Shown piece after piece: positions 10,532 to 20,351 of a stretch of 64,000 nucleotides of DNA. Below the pieces are notes generated by a model. The model saw only the letters and a program-made list of their open reading frames with translations. It had not been told where the DNA came from and ran no database searches. The stretch lies in NCBI GenBank assembly GCA_029776255.1, contig JAKOTN010000078.1, forward strand, positions 1,860 through 65,859, in the 5' to 3' direction. A program made the translations under genes and the position numbers. How positions within the stretch are numbered: the first letter of the stretch is position 1; each line of letters begins with the position of its first letter. The DNA comes from Pseudomonadota bacterium. Lineage in GTDB: Bacteria; Pseudomonadota; Gammaproteobacteria; Burkholderiales; Rhodocyclaceae.

Positions 10532-11917
10532 ATGGCTACGAACTTTGTTGCGCGCGGACTGCGCCGGATGCGGATACTACTCGCCGAAAGCGCCGGCCGA
10601 CGTAGTCTCGATGGCAAACAGCTGGAGCGGGTTCGCGATCTGTTGCTTGAATGCGCCGGCGGCGTGGGAGGCGAAGTCTCGACCAGACAGCGCGCGGGTA
10701 GACTGGCGGAAACCTATCTGCGCCTCGACGACGAAGGTCGTGCCGCGTTCCTGCGGGTCATCGCCACCGAGTTTGGGCCCGACCCGCAGGCGGTGGCCCG
10801 CGCGCACGCCGATTATCAGGCGGCGATCGGCAGCGAAACGCAGTGGGCCGCGGAAGCGACGTTGCGCAATGCCATGCGCTCGTCTCGCTTGCGTATCCTG
10901 ACGCAATTCAATGCCCTGCCGCAGGGCGTCAAGTTTCTCGTCGACCTGCGGGCCGACTTGTTGCGGTTTCTCGACCTCGATCCGGCGCTGCGCTCGCTTG
11001 ACCGCGAACTCGAATCCCGCCTTGGCGCCTGGTTCGATGTCGGCTTCCTGGAACTGCAACGCATTACCTGGGATTCGCCGGCGGCGCTGCTTGAGAGATT
11101 GATCGAATACGAGGCGGTGCATGAAATCCGCTCCTGGAGCGATTTGAAAAACCGCCTCGACTCCGATCGACGCTGCTACGCCTTTTTTCACCCCAGGATG
11201 CCGCTGGAACCCTTGATTTTCGTCGAAGTCGCGTTGACCGACCACTTGGCCGACAACGTTCAAACGCTGCTCGACGAACACGCGCCGGTCTTTGACACCG
11301 AGCGGGCAAGCACCGCCATCTTCTATTCGATCTCGAACACGCAGGCCGGACTACGCGGCGTCTCATTCGGTAACTTCCTGCTCAAACGGGTGGTAGACGA
11401 CTTGAAGCGCGACTACCCGCATCTGGTCAATTTCGCCACGCTCTCGCCGCTCCCCTCGTTCCGGCGCTGGGCGGAAAAAACTCCGGCCACCTGGGAACAG
11501 GCCTTCACCGCGGACGATCTACAACGCATCGCCCGCCACCTGCCACCGGATACCGCGCCGCTGGCCGGCGCCGGCGACCTCCCTCGGCTGCTCGCCGACG
11601 AGCGGTGGATGGAGAATCCCCGACTGGCCCGCGCCATGTCGCATGGATTGACCCGTCTGGCGGCGCGCTACCTGCTGCGTGCCAACCACGATGGACGCCC
11701 CCATGACCCGGTCGCCCGCTTCCATCTGGGCAACGGCGCGCGTATCGAACGTCTCAATTATCTGGCGGACACTTCGGCGCGCGGCAAGCAACAATCCTAC
11801 GGCCTGATGGTGAATTATCTGTACGACCCTGCTACCATCGACGGCAATGTCGAAGCTTTTTCGCGCGGAGGAGAAATTGCCGCCTCCGCCGCCTTGCGTC
11901 GTTCCGCACGCGATTGA
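10532..11917 (+). CDS. malonyl-CoA decarboxylase
   Basis: YEAVHEIRSW, FFHPRMP.EPLIFVEVAL, FYSISNTQ.GLRGVSFGNFLLK, FATLSP, DPVARFHLGNGA. Confidence 0.9.
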   Translation: MATNFVARGLRRMRILLAESAGRRSLDGKQLERVRDLLLECAGGVGGEVSTRQRAGRLAETYLRLDDEGRAAFLRVIATEFGPDPQAVARAHADYQAAIGSETQWAAEATLRNAMRSSRLRILTQFNALPQGVKFLVDLRADLLRFLDLDPALRSLDRELESRLGAWFDVGFLELQRITWDSPAALLERLIEYEAVHEIRSWSDLKNRLDSDRRCYAFFHPRMPLEPLIFVEVALTDHLADNVQTLLDEHAPVFDTERASTAIFYSISNTQAGLRGVSFGNFLLKRVVDDLKRDYPHLVNFATLSPLPSFRRWAEKTPATWEQAFTADDLQRIARHLPPDTAPLAGAGDLPRLLADERWMENPRLARAMSHGLTRLAARYLLRANHDGRPHDPVARFHLGNGARIERLNYLADTSARGKQQSYGLMVNYLYDPATIDGNVEAFSRGGEIAASAALRRSARD

Positions 11918-11972
11918 CGTCGCGCAACGACAAATTCCCCTAATCAAGTCCCAATAAAACAGGAAAACAAAG

Positions 11973-12446
11973 ATGAGCCAGCGTCCGTTCAAAGTCCTCG
12001 GTATCCAGCAAATCGCCATCGGCGGCCCGGATAAACTGAAATTGCGTCAACTATGGGTCGACATGCTCGGCCTGGAAATCACCGGCAACTTCGTCAGCGA
12101 ACGCGAGAACGTGGACGAAGACATCGTCGCAATGGGCAGCGGCCCCTTCAAGGTCGAAGTCGACTTGATGCAGCCGGTCGACCCGGAGAAGAAACCAGCG
12201 GTGCACGCCACACCGCTCAACCACGTCGGCCTGTGGATCGACGATCTGCCGAAAGCCGTCGAATGGCTGTCGGCAAACGGTGTGCGCTTCGCGCCCGGCG
12301 GAATTCGCAAGGGTGCCGCCGGTTTCGACATCACTTTTCTGCACCCCAAGGCCAACGCCGAATTCCCGATCGCCGGCGAGGGCGTGCTAATCGAATTGGT
12401 GCAGGCCCCCGCCGACGTCGTCGACGCTTTCGCCAAGCTCGGCTAA
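11973..12446 (+). CDS. VOC/glyoxalase-family protein (methylmalonyl-CoA epimerase-like)
   Basis: [31 protein letters not shown] metal-ligand pattern. Confidence 0.75.
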   Translation: MSQRPFKVLGIQQIAIGGPDKLKLRQLWVDMLGLEITGNFVSERENVDEDIVAMGSGPFKVEVDLMQPVDPEKKPAVHATPLNHVGLWIDDLPKAVEWLSANGVRFAPGGIRKGAAGFDITFLHPKANAEFPIAGEGVLIELVQAPADVVDAFAKLG

Positions 12447-12532
12447 ACGCGCCGCCGCCCCTGGCGCCAAGGAACCTCGCCGACGTCGTCGGCAGGTTGC
12501 CTCATCCCAGGCGCGACATTCGGCCATCCACA

Positions 12533-12562
12533 AAGGCAACCGTGAAGGTTGCCTTCGTTTTT
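12533..12562 (+). terminator. intrinsic terminator
   Basis: AAGGCAACC-gtgaa-GGTTGCCTT followed by a T run. Confidence 0.75.
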
Positions 12563-12637
12563 TTGCGGCGCCCGCCACAACCCACGGCAGCATGGCCTCG
12601 AACAGCCTCTCGCCAGAAAACCACGCGTAACCAGATT

Positions 12638-12653
12638 TGTGAAATAGTTCACG
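12638..12653. promoter_or_regulatory. CRP-family-like palindrome
   Basis: TGTGA-aatagt-TCACG, one mismatch to TGTGA-N6-TCACA, in an AT-rich intergenic stretch. Confidence 0.4.
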
Positions 12654-13296
12654 AGCGCAACCATGCGCTTGCACATTTCGTGCGTCACAGGGTTCTTTTT
12701 TCTGAAAAAATGAACGATAATTGCCGCCCCGGTTGATTCCGGCGCAAAGAGAAAGAGAACCATGCTAACAATTCAAGATGGCATTGGATTGTTGGGCTTT
12801 GAAAAAAGAGATTTTGACCTTGGTTAATGTCATTCACGCCCTGCGGAGAACCGCCAACACACCGTCCATGATCGCAATGGCCCAATCCGACGAGGAAAAA
12901 GTCCAAACGCCAGAATCGACAGGTGCCCGGTTGCCGGCGATTGTCTTCACTGATTCGATCCGTTGAAGCAAGGTACTTTTACGATCCGAAATTTGCCAAC
13001 CAAAATCGCTTTTTTTTCGCCTGTCTGGCGAGTTTCGGCTTCGCTGTTGTCCGCCGACAATCATTACCAATGAACGAGGCCACCGAGGCTTCCGGGCATT
13101 TGCCGCGCCCTGAATCGTCTCATGCCGCGTTGTTGTGCATTCGTGCGGGGCACGGTAGCCATGTTGCCGTCCGCCACACGGTGTTGTTGCTGCACCGTCA
13201 CCGGCAATAAGGCGTCCGATAGCGTCGCCGCATCGAATCGCTGCCGTGACACATTTTCATCTCGTACCTGTTTTTGTTTATACCAAGGAGGCATCA

Positions 13297-14349
13297 ATGA
13301 GTGAAGTCAAGACCGCACAAGAGGAGGTCAGCGATCAAGCCAAGACCGAAAACGTCGCCGTTGAGAAGGCCGCAACGGTAGCCACCCCGGCGAGAACGCC
13401 GCGCAAGACGAGTTCGGTAAAAGCGGTGGGAAGCACCGGCGGAAACGCCGCTGCCGCGAAAAAGGCACCAGCGAAGACCAAGGCGGCCAAAGCCACCAAG
13501 GGAAAAGCGTCCGGCAAAAGCAGTGACGCAGGCAAGAACGGGCAGAACGACGGTGCCGCCAGCGTTCGCAAACAACCATTGAAAACCAAGTTTTACGAAG
13601 AACGTCTGGCCAAGCTCCAGATCGAACTCGTCAAATTGCAGGAATGGATCAAATTCAAGAAGCTGAAAGTCGTCGTTCTCTTCGAAGGACGCGACGCGGC
13701 CGGCAAGGGCGGAACGATCAAGCGCATCACCGAGAGTCTCAGCCCTCGCGTCACCCGTGTCGCCGCCCTGCCGGCACCGACTGACCGCGAACAAACGCAA
13801 TGGTATTTCCAGCGCTATGTCCAGCATCTTCCGGCCGGTGGCGAGATGGTGCTCTTCGACCGCAGTTGGTACAACCGCGCCGGCGTCGAGCGCGTCATGG
13901 GCTTCTGCTCCGACGAGGAATACCGTGAATTCCTGCGCACCTGCCCCGAATTCGAACGCATGCTCGTTCGTAGCGGGATCATCCTGATCAAGTACTGGTT
14001 CTCGGTGAGCAACGACGAGCAGGAGCGCCGCTTCCAGAAACGCATTTTCCGTCCTGAAAAACACTGGAAACTCAGCCCGATGGACCTCGAGTCGCGTGCG
14101 CGCTGGGTCGAATACTCCAAGGCCAAGGACGCGATGTTCGCCCATACCGACATCAAGCAAGCCCCATGGTACGTGGTCGATGGCGACGACAAGAAACGCG
14201 CGCGCCTCAACGTCATCACCCACCTGCTGAGCATGATCGACTACGAAGATCTGACGCCGGAACCCATCGTGTTGCCTCCGCGCCAGGACGAGCACGGTTA
14301 CGTGCGGCCGCCGATATCCGACCAGACCTTCATTCCCGAAGTCTATTGA
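13297..14349 (+). CDS. ppk2: polyphosphate kinase 2 (class I-like) with Ala/Lys-rich N-terminal extension
   Basis: FEGRDAAGKGG (Walker A), DRSWYNRAGVERVMGFC, WKLSPMD; RBS AAGGAGG before ATG 13297. Confidence 0.93.
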   Translation: MSEVKTAQEEVSDQAKTENVAVEKAATVATPARTPRKTSSVKAVGSTGGNAAAAKKAPAKTKAAKATKGKASGKSSDAGKNGQNDGAASVRKQPLKTKFYEERLAKLQIELVKLQEWIKFKKLKVVVLFEGRDAAGKGGTIKRITESLSPRVTRVAALPAPTDREQTQWYFQRYVQHLPAGGEMVLFDRSWYNRAGVERVMGFCSDEEYREFLRTCPEFERMLVRSGIILIKYWFSVSNDEQERRFQKRIFRPEKHWKLSPMDLESRARWVEYSKAKDAMFAHTDIKQAPWYVVDGDDKKRARLNVITHLLSMIDYEDLTPEPIVLPPRQDEHGYVRPPISDQTFIPEVY

Positions 14350-14436
14350 GTCGTAAAGCAGTCCGTCCAAGCGGTTTTTGCGACCTTTATCAAAACCGAC
14401 CGGTCGAAAACCGCGACCGCTTCGGCACCACGCCCC

Positions 14437-14465
14437 AAAAAAACCCCGCCTACGCGGGGTTTTTT
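14437..14465. terminator. bidirectional intrinsic terminator
   Basis: A7-CCCCGC-ctac-GCGGGG-T run between convergent genes. Confidence 0.85.
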
Positions 14466-14522
14466 AATCGTTAGTACCGTTCGCAGACGTGATGCTGGAC
14501 AATTCCGGCTCACATCCACGTC

Positions 14523-14969
14523 CTATTTGTAGTAACCGACGGCGCACACCTGATCGCCAACCTTGGTGACATAAGCAACCTTGGCGACCGGTTCGGCTTG
14601 TCCGGGACGCGGCCACATATAGGCGACCTCGGAAACCGCTCCGGCCTTCGCTTTGGCGTATACGTCCTCGCCAAGCGCCTTGCCGGCCTTATCCTTGAGA
14701 TCCTTCAGACTTTTGCCGACCAGAGTGGGATGCGCCGTGAAATTACCGTCCGGGCCACCGCAATAAGGATAGAGATCGCGATCCTTGAAGCCCCCCTCCC
14801 CCTTCGTAAACATATCCAGCGCCTTGGCCTTGTCGGCACCCACGGCCGCCACCGCCTTCTCAAGCATGGCTTTCGCCTCCGCTGACGTCCCGAACTCGGC
14901 CGCCGTGGCGGCACCACTGGCCGCACCGAGGAATGCAAACGCCGAAACCGTGACCAGTTGTCGTAGCAT
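14523..14969 (-). CDS. secreted stand-alone single-Cache-domain protein
   Basis: signal peptide ending ATA, then EAKAMLEKAVAAV...F.DRDLYPYC...AHPTLVGK...D..GK...YMWPRPG...K.AYV. Confidence 0.7.
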   Translation of the reverse strand: MLRQLVTVSAFAFLGAASGAATAAEFGTSAEAKAMLEKAVAAVGADKAKALDMFTKGEGGFKDRDLYPYCGGPDGNFTAHPTLVGKSLKDLKDKAGKALGEDVYAKAKAGAVSEVAYMWPRPGQAEPVAKVAYVTKVGDQVCAVGYYK

Positions 14970-15160
14970 CGAAAGTCTCCTTATGAATTTATTGGAAAAC
15001 GACAGCAAGCCGTGGGCCGGCGGCGAACAGCCGGCAATCAACCTGCGACGAAGAGGGTACCCGAAACAAATGATCGGTTGCATGAAAATGCAGGCGCGCG
15101 AACGCCGGACTCGCCACCTTGTTACAATGCTGGATTGACTTTCCGTTCAGGCTTGAAACC

Positions 15161-16336
15161 ATGAAACGCAACCGCTTCTCTTCCCGCAAGCGCATTTCCG
15201 CCGAAGCCACCGAATTGGGGCGTCTGGCCATCGGGCTTGCGGACTCCGGTAGCAAGCTCGAAGATTTCTTCTGGCAAGGACGCCTCGCGGAAATCGTCGA
15301 CAAAATCTTCCACGACGGTTCGGAAGACGATTTGACCGCCTCGCTGGACCGTCTTTTCGACACCCATCCGATGGCGCACGACGACCTCGCCGATATCATC
15401 GAAGCGCATGCGGAATCCTGCGTCATGCTCGACCACGACCGCGAATTCGATGTGCTGCTGTTTGCCGTGCCACTCTTGGCCTGGTCGCGCTTTTCCATCC
15501 CGGCCGCCACCATCCCGAAAAGCACCCTGCAAATGCTGAGAGTGCAACTTGGCGCGCATGTCTTCGCGAATGGCGCGCGACTGGCCTTGGCCGACTATCT
15601 TTACAGCCCGGATCAATTGCCGCACAGCTTCGTCGAAACCTGGCAACTGATGCGCCACTTGGGCAGCTGCGCGCTCGCCGGCAACGATCTTGAGATCGAC
15701 GCGTCGACCATGCCGGAAACCAATCGCTTTCTTTCCGACACCCGCTATCTGGTCGGCACGCTGGCGGTCACGCGCGGCCAGCCGCTGTTCCGCTGGAACG
15801 AAGCGGACAAAACCACCCGCGAGGCGGCTCTCAAGGAATGGGTGAAGCAAGGTGGACCGGCCTTTGAACCGCTGCTGACCGGTTGCGCCTATCAACCCCT
15901 GCTGGCCGACGCGTATCACTCCGCCTGCCGATCGGCGGACAGCGCCTCGCGGCCCTACTCGCTGAATGCCTCGGTGGCGTTCTTGCAGACCACGCTCGGA
16001 CAGCCGGCCGAAGAATTGCGCGCGATCGTCGGCGCCTTTCACGACAAACGCCTGGAGGAATATCGCATCGGCTTCGGGCCGCGCGATGGCGACGCCGTTT
16101 TCCACGGCGTGGTATGGCCTTTGCTGGGTGTCGAGGACGAAACCAACGATGTCGCCGGAGAAATCGAAACCGTGTTGCGCAAGGCGGGCCTGAAGGAAAT
16201 TGTGCTTCTCGATCAACAGTTTCCCTACGAGTTCTGCGACGACTGCGGCGCACCGCTATACCCGAACGCCGAAGGGGACGCCGTCCATGCCGAAATGCCG
16301 GAGCAGACCAACGCGCCGTCGCAAACGCTGCACTGA
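15161..16336 (+). CDS. DUF2863-family conserved protein
   Basis: SGSKLED.FW N-terminus and C-terminal EFCDDCGAPLYPN, typical of this betaproteobacterial family. Confidence 0.7.
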   Translation: MKRNRFSSRKRISAEATELGRLAIGLADSGSKLEDFFWQGRLAEIVDKIFHDGSEDDLTASLDRLFDTHPMAHDDLADIIEAHAESCVMLDHDREFDVLLFAVPLLAWSRFSIPAATIPKSTLQMLRVQLGAHVFANGARLALADYLYSPDQLPHSFVETWQLMRHLGSCALAGNDLEIDASTMPETNRFLSDTRYLVGTLAVTRGQPLFRWNEADKTTREAALKEWVKQGGPAFEPLLTGCAYQPLLADAYHSACRSADSASRPYSLNASVAFLQTTLGQPAEELRAIVGAFHDKRLEEYRIGFGPRDGDAVFHGVVWPLLGVEDETNDVAGEIETVLRKAGLKEIVLLDQQFPYEFCDDCGAPLYPNAEGDAVHAEMPEQTNAPSQTLH

Positions 16337-16356
16337 CCGCCACGCTCGCGACGACG

Positions 16357-17688
16357 ATGAACAATAGCGCGTTGTTGACCCGCAGCCTGGCCGCCGTCTG
16401 GCATCCCTGCACGCAAATGAAGCACCATGCGGCACCGGCCGACGCGCTGCCGATGATTCCCATCGCCCGTGGCCAAGGCGTCTGGCTTTACGACTTCGAC
16501 GGCCGGCGTTATCTGGACGGCATCAGTTCATGGTGGGTCAATCTGTTTGGTCACTGCAACCCGCGCATCAACGCGGCGCTGCGCGCGCAACTCGACGAAC
16601 TGGAGCATGTCATTCTCGCCGGCTGCACGCATCAGCCGGTGGTCGAACTTTCCGAGCGCTTGTCGGCGCTGACGGACGGCGCGCTCGGTCACTGCTTCTA
16701 CGCCTCCGACGGCGCGTCGGCGACCGAGATTGCCCTGAAAATGTCTTTCCACTTCTGGCGCAACCACGGACGGCCGGAAAAACAGGATTTCCTTTGTCTG
16801 TCCGGCAGTTATCACGGCGAAACCATCGGTGCGCTGGCGGTCACCGACGTAGCGATTTTCAAGGACGCCTACGCACCGCTGATCCGGCCAGCACACCTCG
16901 TGCCGACCCCGGATGCCCGTCTGGCCAAGGACGGCGAGGCGGCAATCGATGTCGCCCGGCGTGCCGCCGTCGCGCTCGAACGCCACCTGGAACAACACCA
17001 CCGCCACACGGCCGCGCTGATCGTCGAGCCGCTGGTGCAATGCGCCAGCGGCATGGCGATGTACGACCCGGAGTATCTGCGCCTGGCCCGTCGGCTGTGC
17101 GACCGTTACGACGTGCATCTGATCTGCGACGAAATCGCCGTCGGCTGTGGCCGTACCGGCACTTTTTTCGCACACCGGCAAGCCGCGATCCGACCGGATT
17201 TCCTATGCCTGTCGAAAGGCATTTCCGGCGGCTATCTGCCCTTGTCGATCGTGATGACCACCGACGAGGTTTACGCCGCGTTTTACGACGACGCCACCAG
17301 CCGCGGTTTTCTCCACTCGCACTCCTACACCGGCAATGCCCTGGCCTGCCGCGCCGCGCTGGCGACGCTGGACATCTTCGCCGATGACCAGATCATCGAA
17401 GCCAATCGACGGCTCGCCGAGCATCTGGCCAGCAGCCTTCAGCCGTTCGCCGCGCACCCGCGCGTCCGCCACCTGCGGCAGCGCGGCATGATTGCCGCTT
17501 TCGACGTCCTGAGCGACGACCCCGATTTCTCCCGCCGCTTCTATCGCGAGGCACTGGCGCGCGAAATCCTGCTACGGCCAATCGGCAACACGGTTTATTT
17601 CATGCCACCGTACGTGATCGGCAAGGACGAATGCGAGTGGCTGGTCGCCGGCGCCGCCGCCGCGCTCGACGCCGCGCTGCGCCAATGA
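16357..17688 (+). CDS. bioA: adenosylmethionine-8-amino-7-oxononanoate transaminase
   Basis: VWHPCTQM, SSWWVNLFGH, YHGET, DEIAVG.GRTG, LSKGISGGYLP. Confidence 0.93.
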   Translation: MNNSALLTRSLAAVWHPCTQMKHHAAPADALPMIPIARGQGVWLYDFDGRRYLDGISSWWVNLFGHCNPRINAALRAQLDELEHVILAGCTHQPVVELSERLSALTDGALGHCFYASDGASATEIALKMSFHFWRNHGRPEKQDFLCLSGSYHGETIGALAVTDVAIFKDAYAPLIRPAHLVPTPDARLAKDGEAAIDVARRAAVALERHLEQHHRHTAALIVEPLVQCASGMAMYDPEYLRLARRLCDRYDVHLICDEIAVGCGRTGTFFAHRQAAIRPDFLCLSKGISGGYLPLSIVMTTDEVYAAFYDDATSRGFLHSHSYTGNALACRAALATLDIFADDQIIEANRRLAEHLASSLQPFAAHPRVRHLRQRGMIAAFDVLSDDPDFSRRFYREALAREILLRPIGNTVYFMPPYVIGKDECEWLVAGAAAALDAALRQ

Positions 17689-18839
17689 TCTGGGACGAAC
17701 TGCAAGTCGCGCTGGATGCTCTCGAAGGCGATGGTCTGCGCCGCCAGCGCCGCACTCTGACCACGCCTTGCGGCCCCGCGGCCAGTGTCGACGGCCGGCC
17801 GCTGCTCAGTTTTTGCAGCAACGACTACCTCGGACTGGCCAATGACCCAGCGCTGATCGACGCCGCCTGCGCCGGCGCTCGCCAGTGGGGTGTGGGCAGC
17901 GGCGCCTCGCACTTGGTCAGCGGCCATCTCGCGCCGCACGCCGCGCTCGAACGGCAGATCGCTGAATTCACCGGCTTTCCGCGCGCCCTGCTCTTTTCCA
18001 CCGGTTACATGGCCAATCTGGGCATCGTGCCGACGCTGGTCGGACGCGGCGACGCCGTTTTCGCCGATCGACTGAACCACGCCTCGCTGATCGACGCCGT
18101 CCAACTCGCGCGGGCCGATAGTCACCGCTATCCGCACGGCGACCTGAGCGCGCTGGAGCGGCTGCTGAGCACCAGTACCGCCAAGCGCAAGCTGATCCTC
18201 AGCGATGCGGTGTTCAGCATGGATGGCGATCTGGCGCCATTGCCTGGACTATCGGCATTGGCCGAACGTTTCGATGCCTGGCTGGTGATCGACGATGCGC
18301 ACGGTTTCGGCGTCCTCGGCCGACATGGACGCGGCAGCCTGGAACACTTCGACCTGCCAAGAACGAAGCGCCTCGTGTACATGGGGACGCTCGGCAAGGC
18401 GGCCGGCGCGGCGGGCGCTTTTGTCGCTGGCGACGACACCGTCATCGACTGGCTGGAACAGCGCGCCCGCGCCTACATTTTCACCACCGCCGGCAGCCCG
18501 ATGATCGCCTGCGCGCTTGCGGCCAGTCTGCGGTTGATCGCCGAGGGCGACGCCCGCCGCCAGCGGTTATGGCAGCGCATCGCGCAACTGCGCGACGGGT
18601 TGGCCAGCACACGCTGGCGCTTGCTGCCGTCGGCGACGGCGATTCAACCGGTGATCGTCGGCGACAACCACGAAGCGGTGCGTATAGCGGACGCGCTTTA
18701 CGAGCGTGGCTTGTGGGTACCCGCGATTCGCCCGCCGACGGTACCCGCGGGAACCGCCCGCCTGCGCGTGTCGTTGAGCGCGGCGCACGATGAAACGCAG
18801 GTCGCGCAACTGGTCTACGCCTTGCGGGAACTGGCATGA
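17685..18839 (+). CDS. bioF: 8-amino-7-oxononanoate synthase
   Basis: FCSNDYLGLA, DRLNHASLID, DDAHGFGV, TLGKAAG, AIRPPTVP; ATGA overlap with bioA. Confidence 0.93.
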   Translation: MIWDELQVALDALEGDGLRRQRRTLTTPCGPAASVDGRPLLSFCSNDYLGLANDPALIDAACAGARQWGVGSGASHLVSGHLAPHAALERQIAEFTGFPRALLFSTGYMANLGIVPTLVGRGDAVFADRLNHASLIDAVQLARADSHRYPHGDLSALERLLSTSTAKRKLILSDAVFSMDGDLAPLPGLSALAERFDAWLVIDDAHGFGVLGRHGRGSLEHFDLPRTKRLVYMGTLGKAAGAAGAFVAGDDTVIDWLEQRARAYIFTTAGSPMIACALAASLRLIAEGDARRQRLWQRIAQLRDGLASTRWRLLPSATAIQPVIVGDNHEAVRIADALYERGLWVPAIRPPTVPAGTARLRVSLSAAHDETQVAQLVYALRELA

Positions 18840-19600
18840 CAGGTACTGCCGGCGACACCCGGACGCTGTATCTGCTGCACGGCTGGGGACTCGGACGCGC
18901 GGTATGGCAACCGCTGCACGATCCGCTGTCGCGGCACCTCCGCGTGATCGTTGGCGATTTGCCCGGCTACGATGAAGCGCCCGACGACGACACCGATTTC
19001 GTGGCCACGGCGCAAGCACTGGTCGACACTCTGCCGACCGGCGTCACCTTGTGCGGCTGGTCGCTTGGCGCCATGCTGGCGCTGCAAGCCGCCGCGCTCG
19101 CGCCTCGACGCGTCGCCAGACTGATTCTTTTTGGCGCCACGCCTTGTTTCGTGCAGCGCGCCGACTGGCTCCCGGCGCAACGTCCGGCCTTGGTCGACGA
19201 TTTCGCGGCCAGCGTCGCGAACGATCGCGAGCACACCTTGCGACGTTTCGTCGCCCTGCTCAATCAGGGCGACAAACAGGCGCGTCCGATTGGCCGCTCG
19301 CTCGTCGCCGGCCTGTCCGCCGCACCGCTGCCGGCCATCGCCTCGCTCCTGCGGGGACTCGACTGGTTGCGAGAGATCGATTTACGCCCCTTGCTGCCGA
19401 CCATCGCCGTGCCCACGCTGCTGATCCATGGCGAAAACGACGCGATCAACCCGCTCGCCGCCGCCCGCCACCTCCAGGCGACGATTCCCGACGCGCACCT
19501 GGCCACGATCGCCGACGCCGGCCATGCGCCTTTTCTTTCCGACCCCGAACGCTGCGTTCAATTGTTGATCGATTTTTGTGCTCCCGCCATTGCCCCTTAA
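18836..19600 (+). CDS. bioH: pimeloyl-ACP methyl ester carboxylesterase
   Basis: LHGWG, GWSLG nucleophile elbow, GHAPFLS; position in bio operon. Confidence 0.85.
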   Translation: MTGTAGDTRTLYLLHGWGLGRAVWQPLHDPLSRHLRVIVGDLPGYDEAPDDDTDFVATAQALVDTLPTGVTLCGWSLGAMLALQAAALAPRRVARLILFGATPCFVQRADWLPAQRPALVDDFAASVANDREHTLRRFVALLNQGDKQARPIGRSLVAGLSAAPLPAIASLLRGLDWLREIDLRPLLPTIAVPTLLIHGENDAINPLAAARHLQATIPDAHLATIADAGHAPFLSDPERCVQLLIDFCAPAIAP

Positions 19601-20351
19601 GCCGCGCATTCGCGAATCCTTTGATCGCGCCGCCAGATCTTACGACGCCGCCGCCATTTTGCAGCGGCGGGTCTGCGAAGATCTGCTTGCCGCCTGGACG
19701 CCCGACGCCCCACCCGATAGCATCCTAGACGCCGGTTGCGGCACTGGCCACGGCATCCGCCTGCTCCACCGACGCTGGCCGGACGCGCGTCTCACGGCGC
19801 TGGATTTCGCGCCGGCGATGCTTGAGCTGGCGCGCCAGAACCCCGCGCTCTGCGTGGCCGGCGACCTGGAAGCCTTGCCATGCCGCGCCGCCAGCTTCGC
19901 CGCCTGGATCTCCAGCCTGACCATCCAGTGGTGCGATACCGGGCAAGTTTTTCGTGAAGCCTGGCGCGTCCTGCGCCCCGGCGGATATCTGGCGACCAGC
20001 ACGCTCGGGCCCGACACCTTCCGCGAATTGCGCGCGGCGTTCGCCGGCATCGACAGTTATCGGCATACGCTCGCCTTCAGCGATCCCGCCGCCGTCGAAC
20101 AGGCACTGCGGAACGCCGGATTCACCGACATCGTCCTGCGACGGCGAAGTGTCCGCCTGCATTACCCGGATCTCAGAACCTTGTTGCATGCCGTCAAGGC
20201 AATCGGCGCCAACTCGGTCGGCGATGGCGCGCGCGCCGGCCTGTTCGGAAAACGCGCTTGGCAACAGGTGCAAGCCGCTTACGAAGGACACCGCACACCG
20301 GCGGGCCTACCCGCGCACTACGACGTTATTTTTGCTTACGCCAGAAAATGA
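19578..20351 (+). CDS. bioC: malonyl-ACP O-methyltransferase
   Basis: SFDRAA.SYD.AA.LQ, LDAGCGTG SAM motif, LHAVKAIGAN. Confidence 0.88.
   Translation: MLPPLPLKPRIRESFDRAARSYDAAAILQRRVCEDLLAAWTPDAPPDSILDAGCGTGHGIRLLHRRWPDARLTALDFAPAMLELARQNPALCVAGDLEALPCRAASFAAWISSLTIQWCDTGQVFREAWRVLRPGGYLATSTLGPDTFRELRAAFAGIDSYRHTLAFSDPAAVEQALRNAGFTDIVLRRRSVRLHYPDLRTLLHAVKAIGANSVGDGARAGLFGKRAWQQVQAAYEGHRTPAGLPAHYDVIFAYARK

Noticed and set aside
12685-13297. Small ORFs upstream of ppk2 (12685-12906, 12834-13070, 13064-13297)
   Set aside because: No RBS or motif support, mutually overlapping, atypical composition.
14371-14414. Imperfect hairpin GCGGTTTT..CGACC/GGTCG..AAAACCGC after ppk2
   Set aside because: Single copy in the window next to a clear terminator; no evidence for a repeat family.
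15883-16356. N-terminal extension of the bioA ORF
   Set aside because: Overlaps DUF2863 in another frame; BioA homology starts at MNNS (16357).
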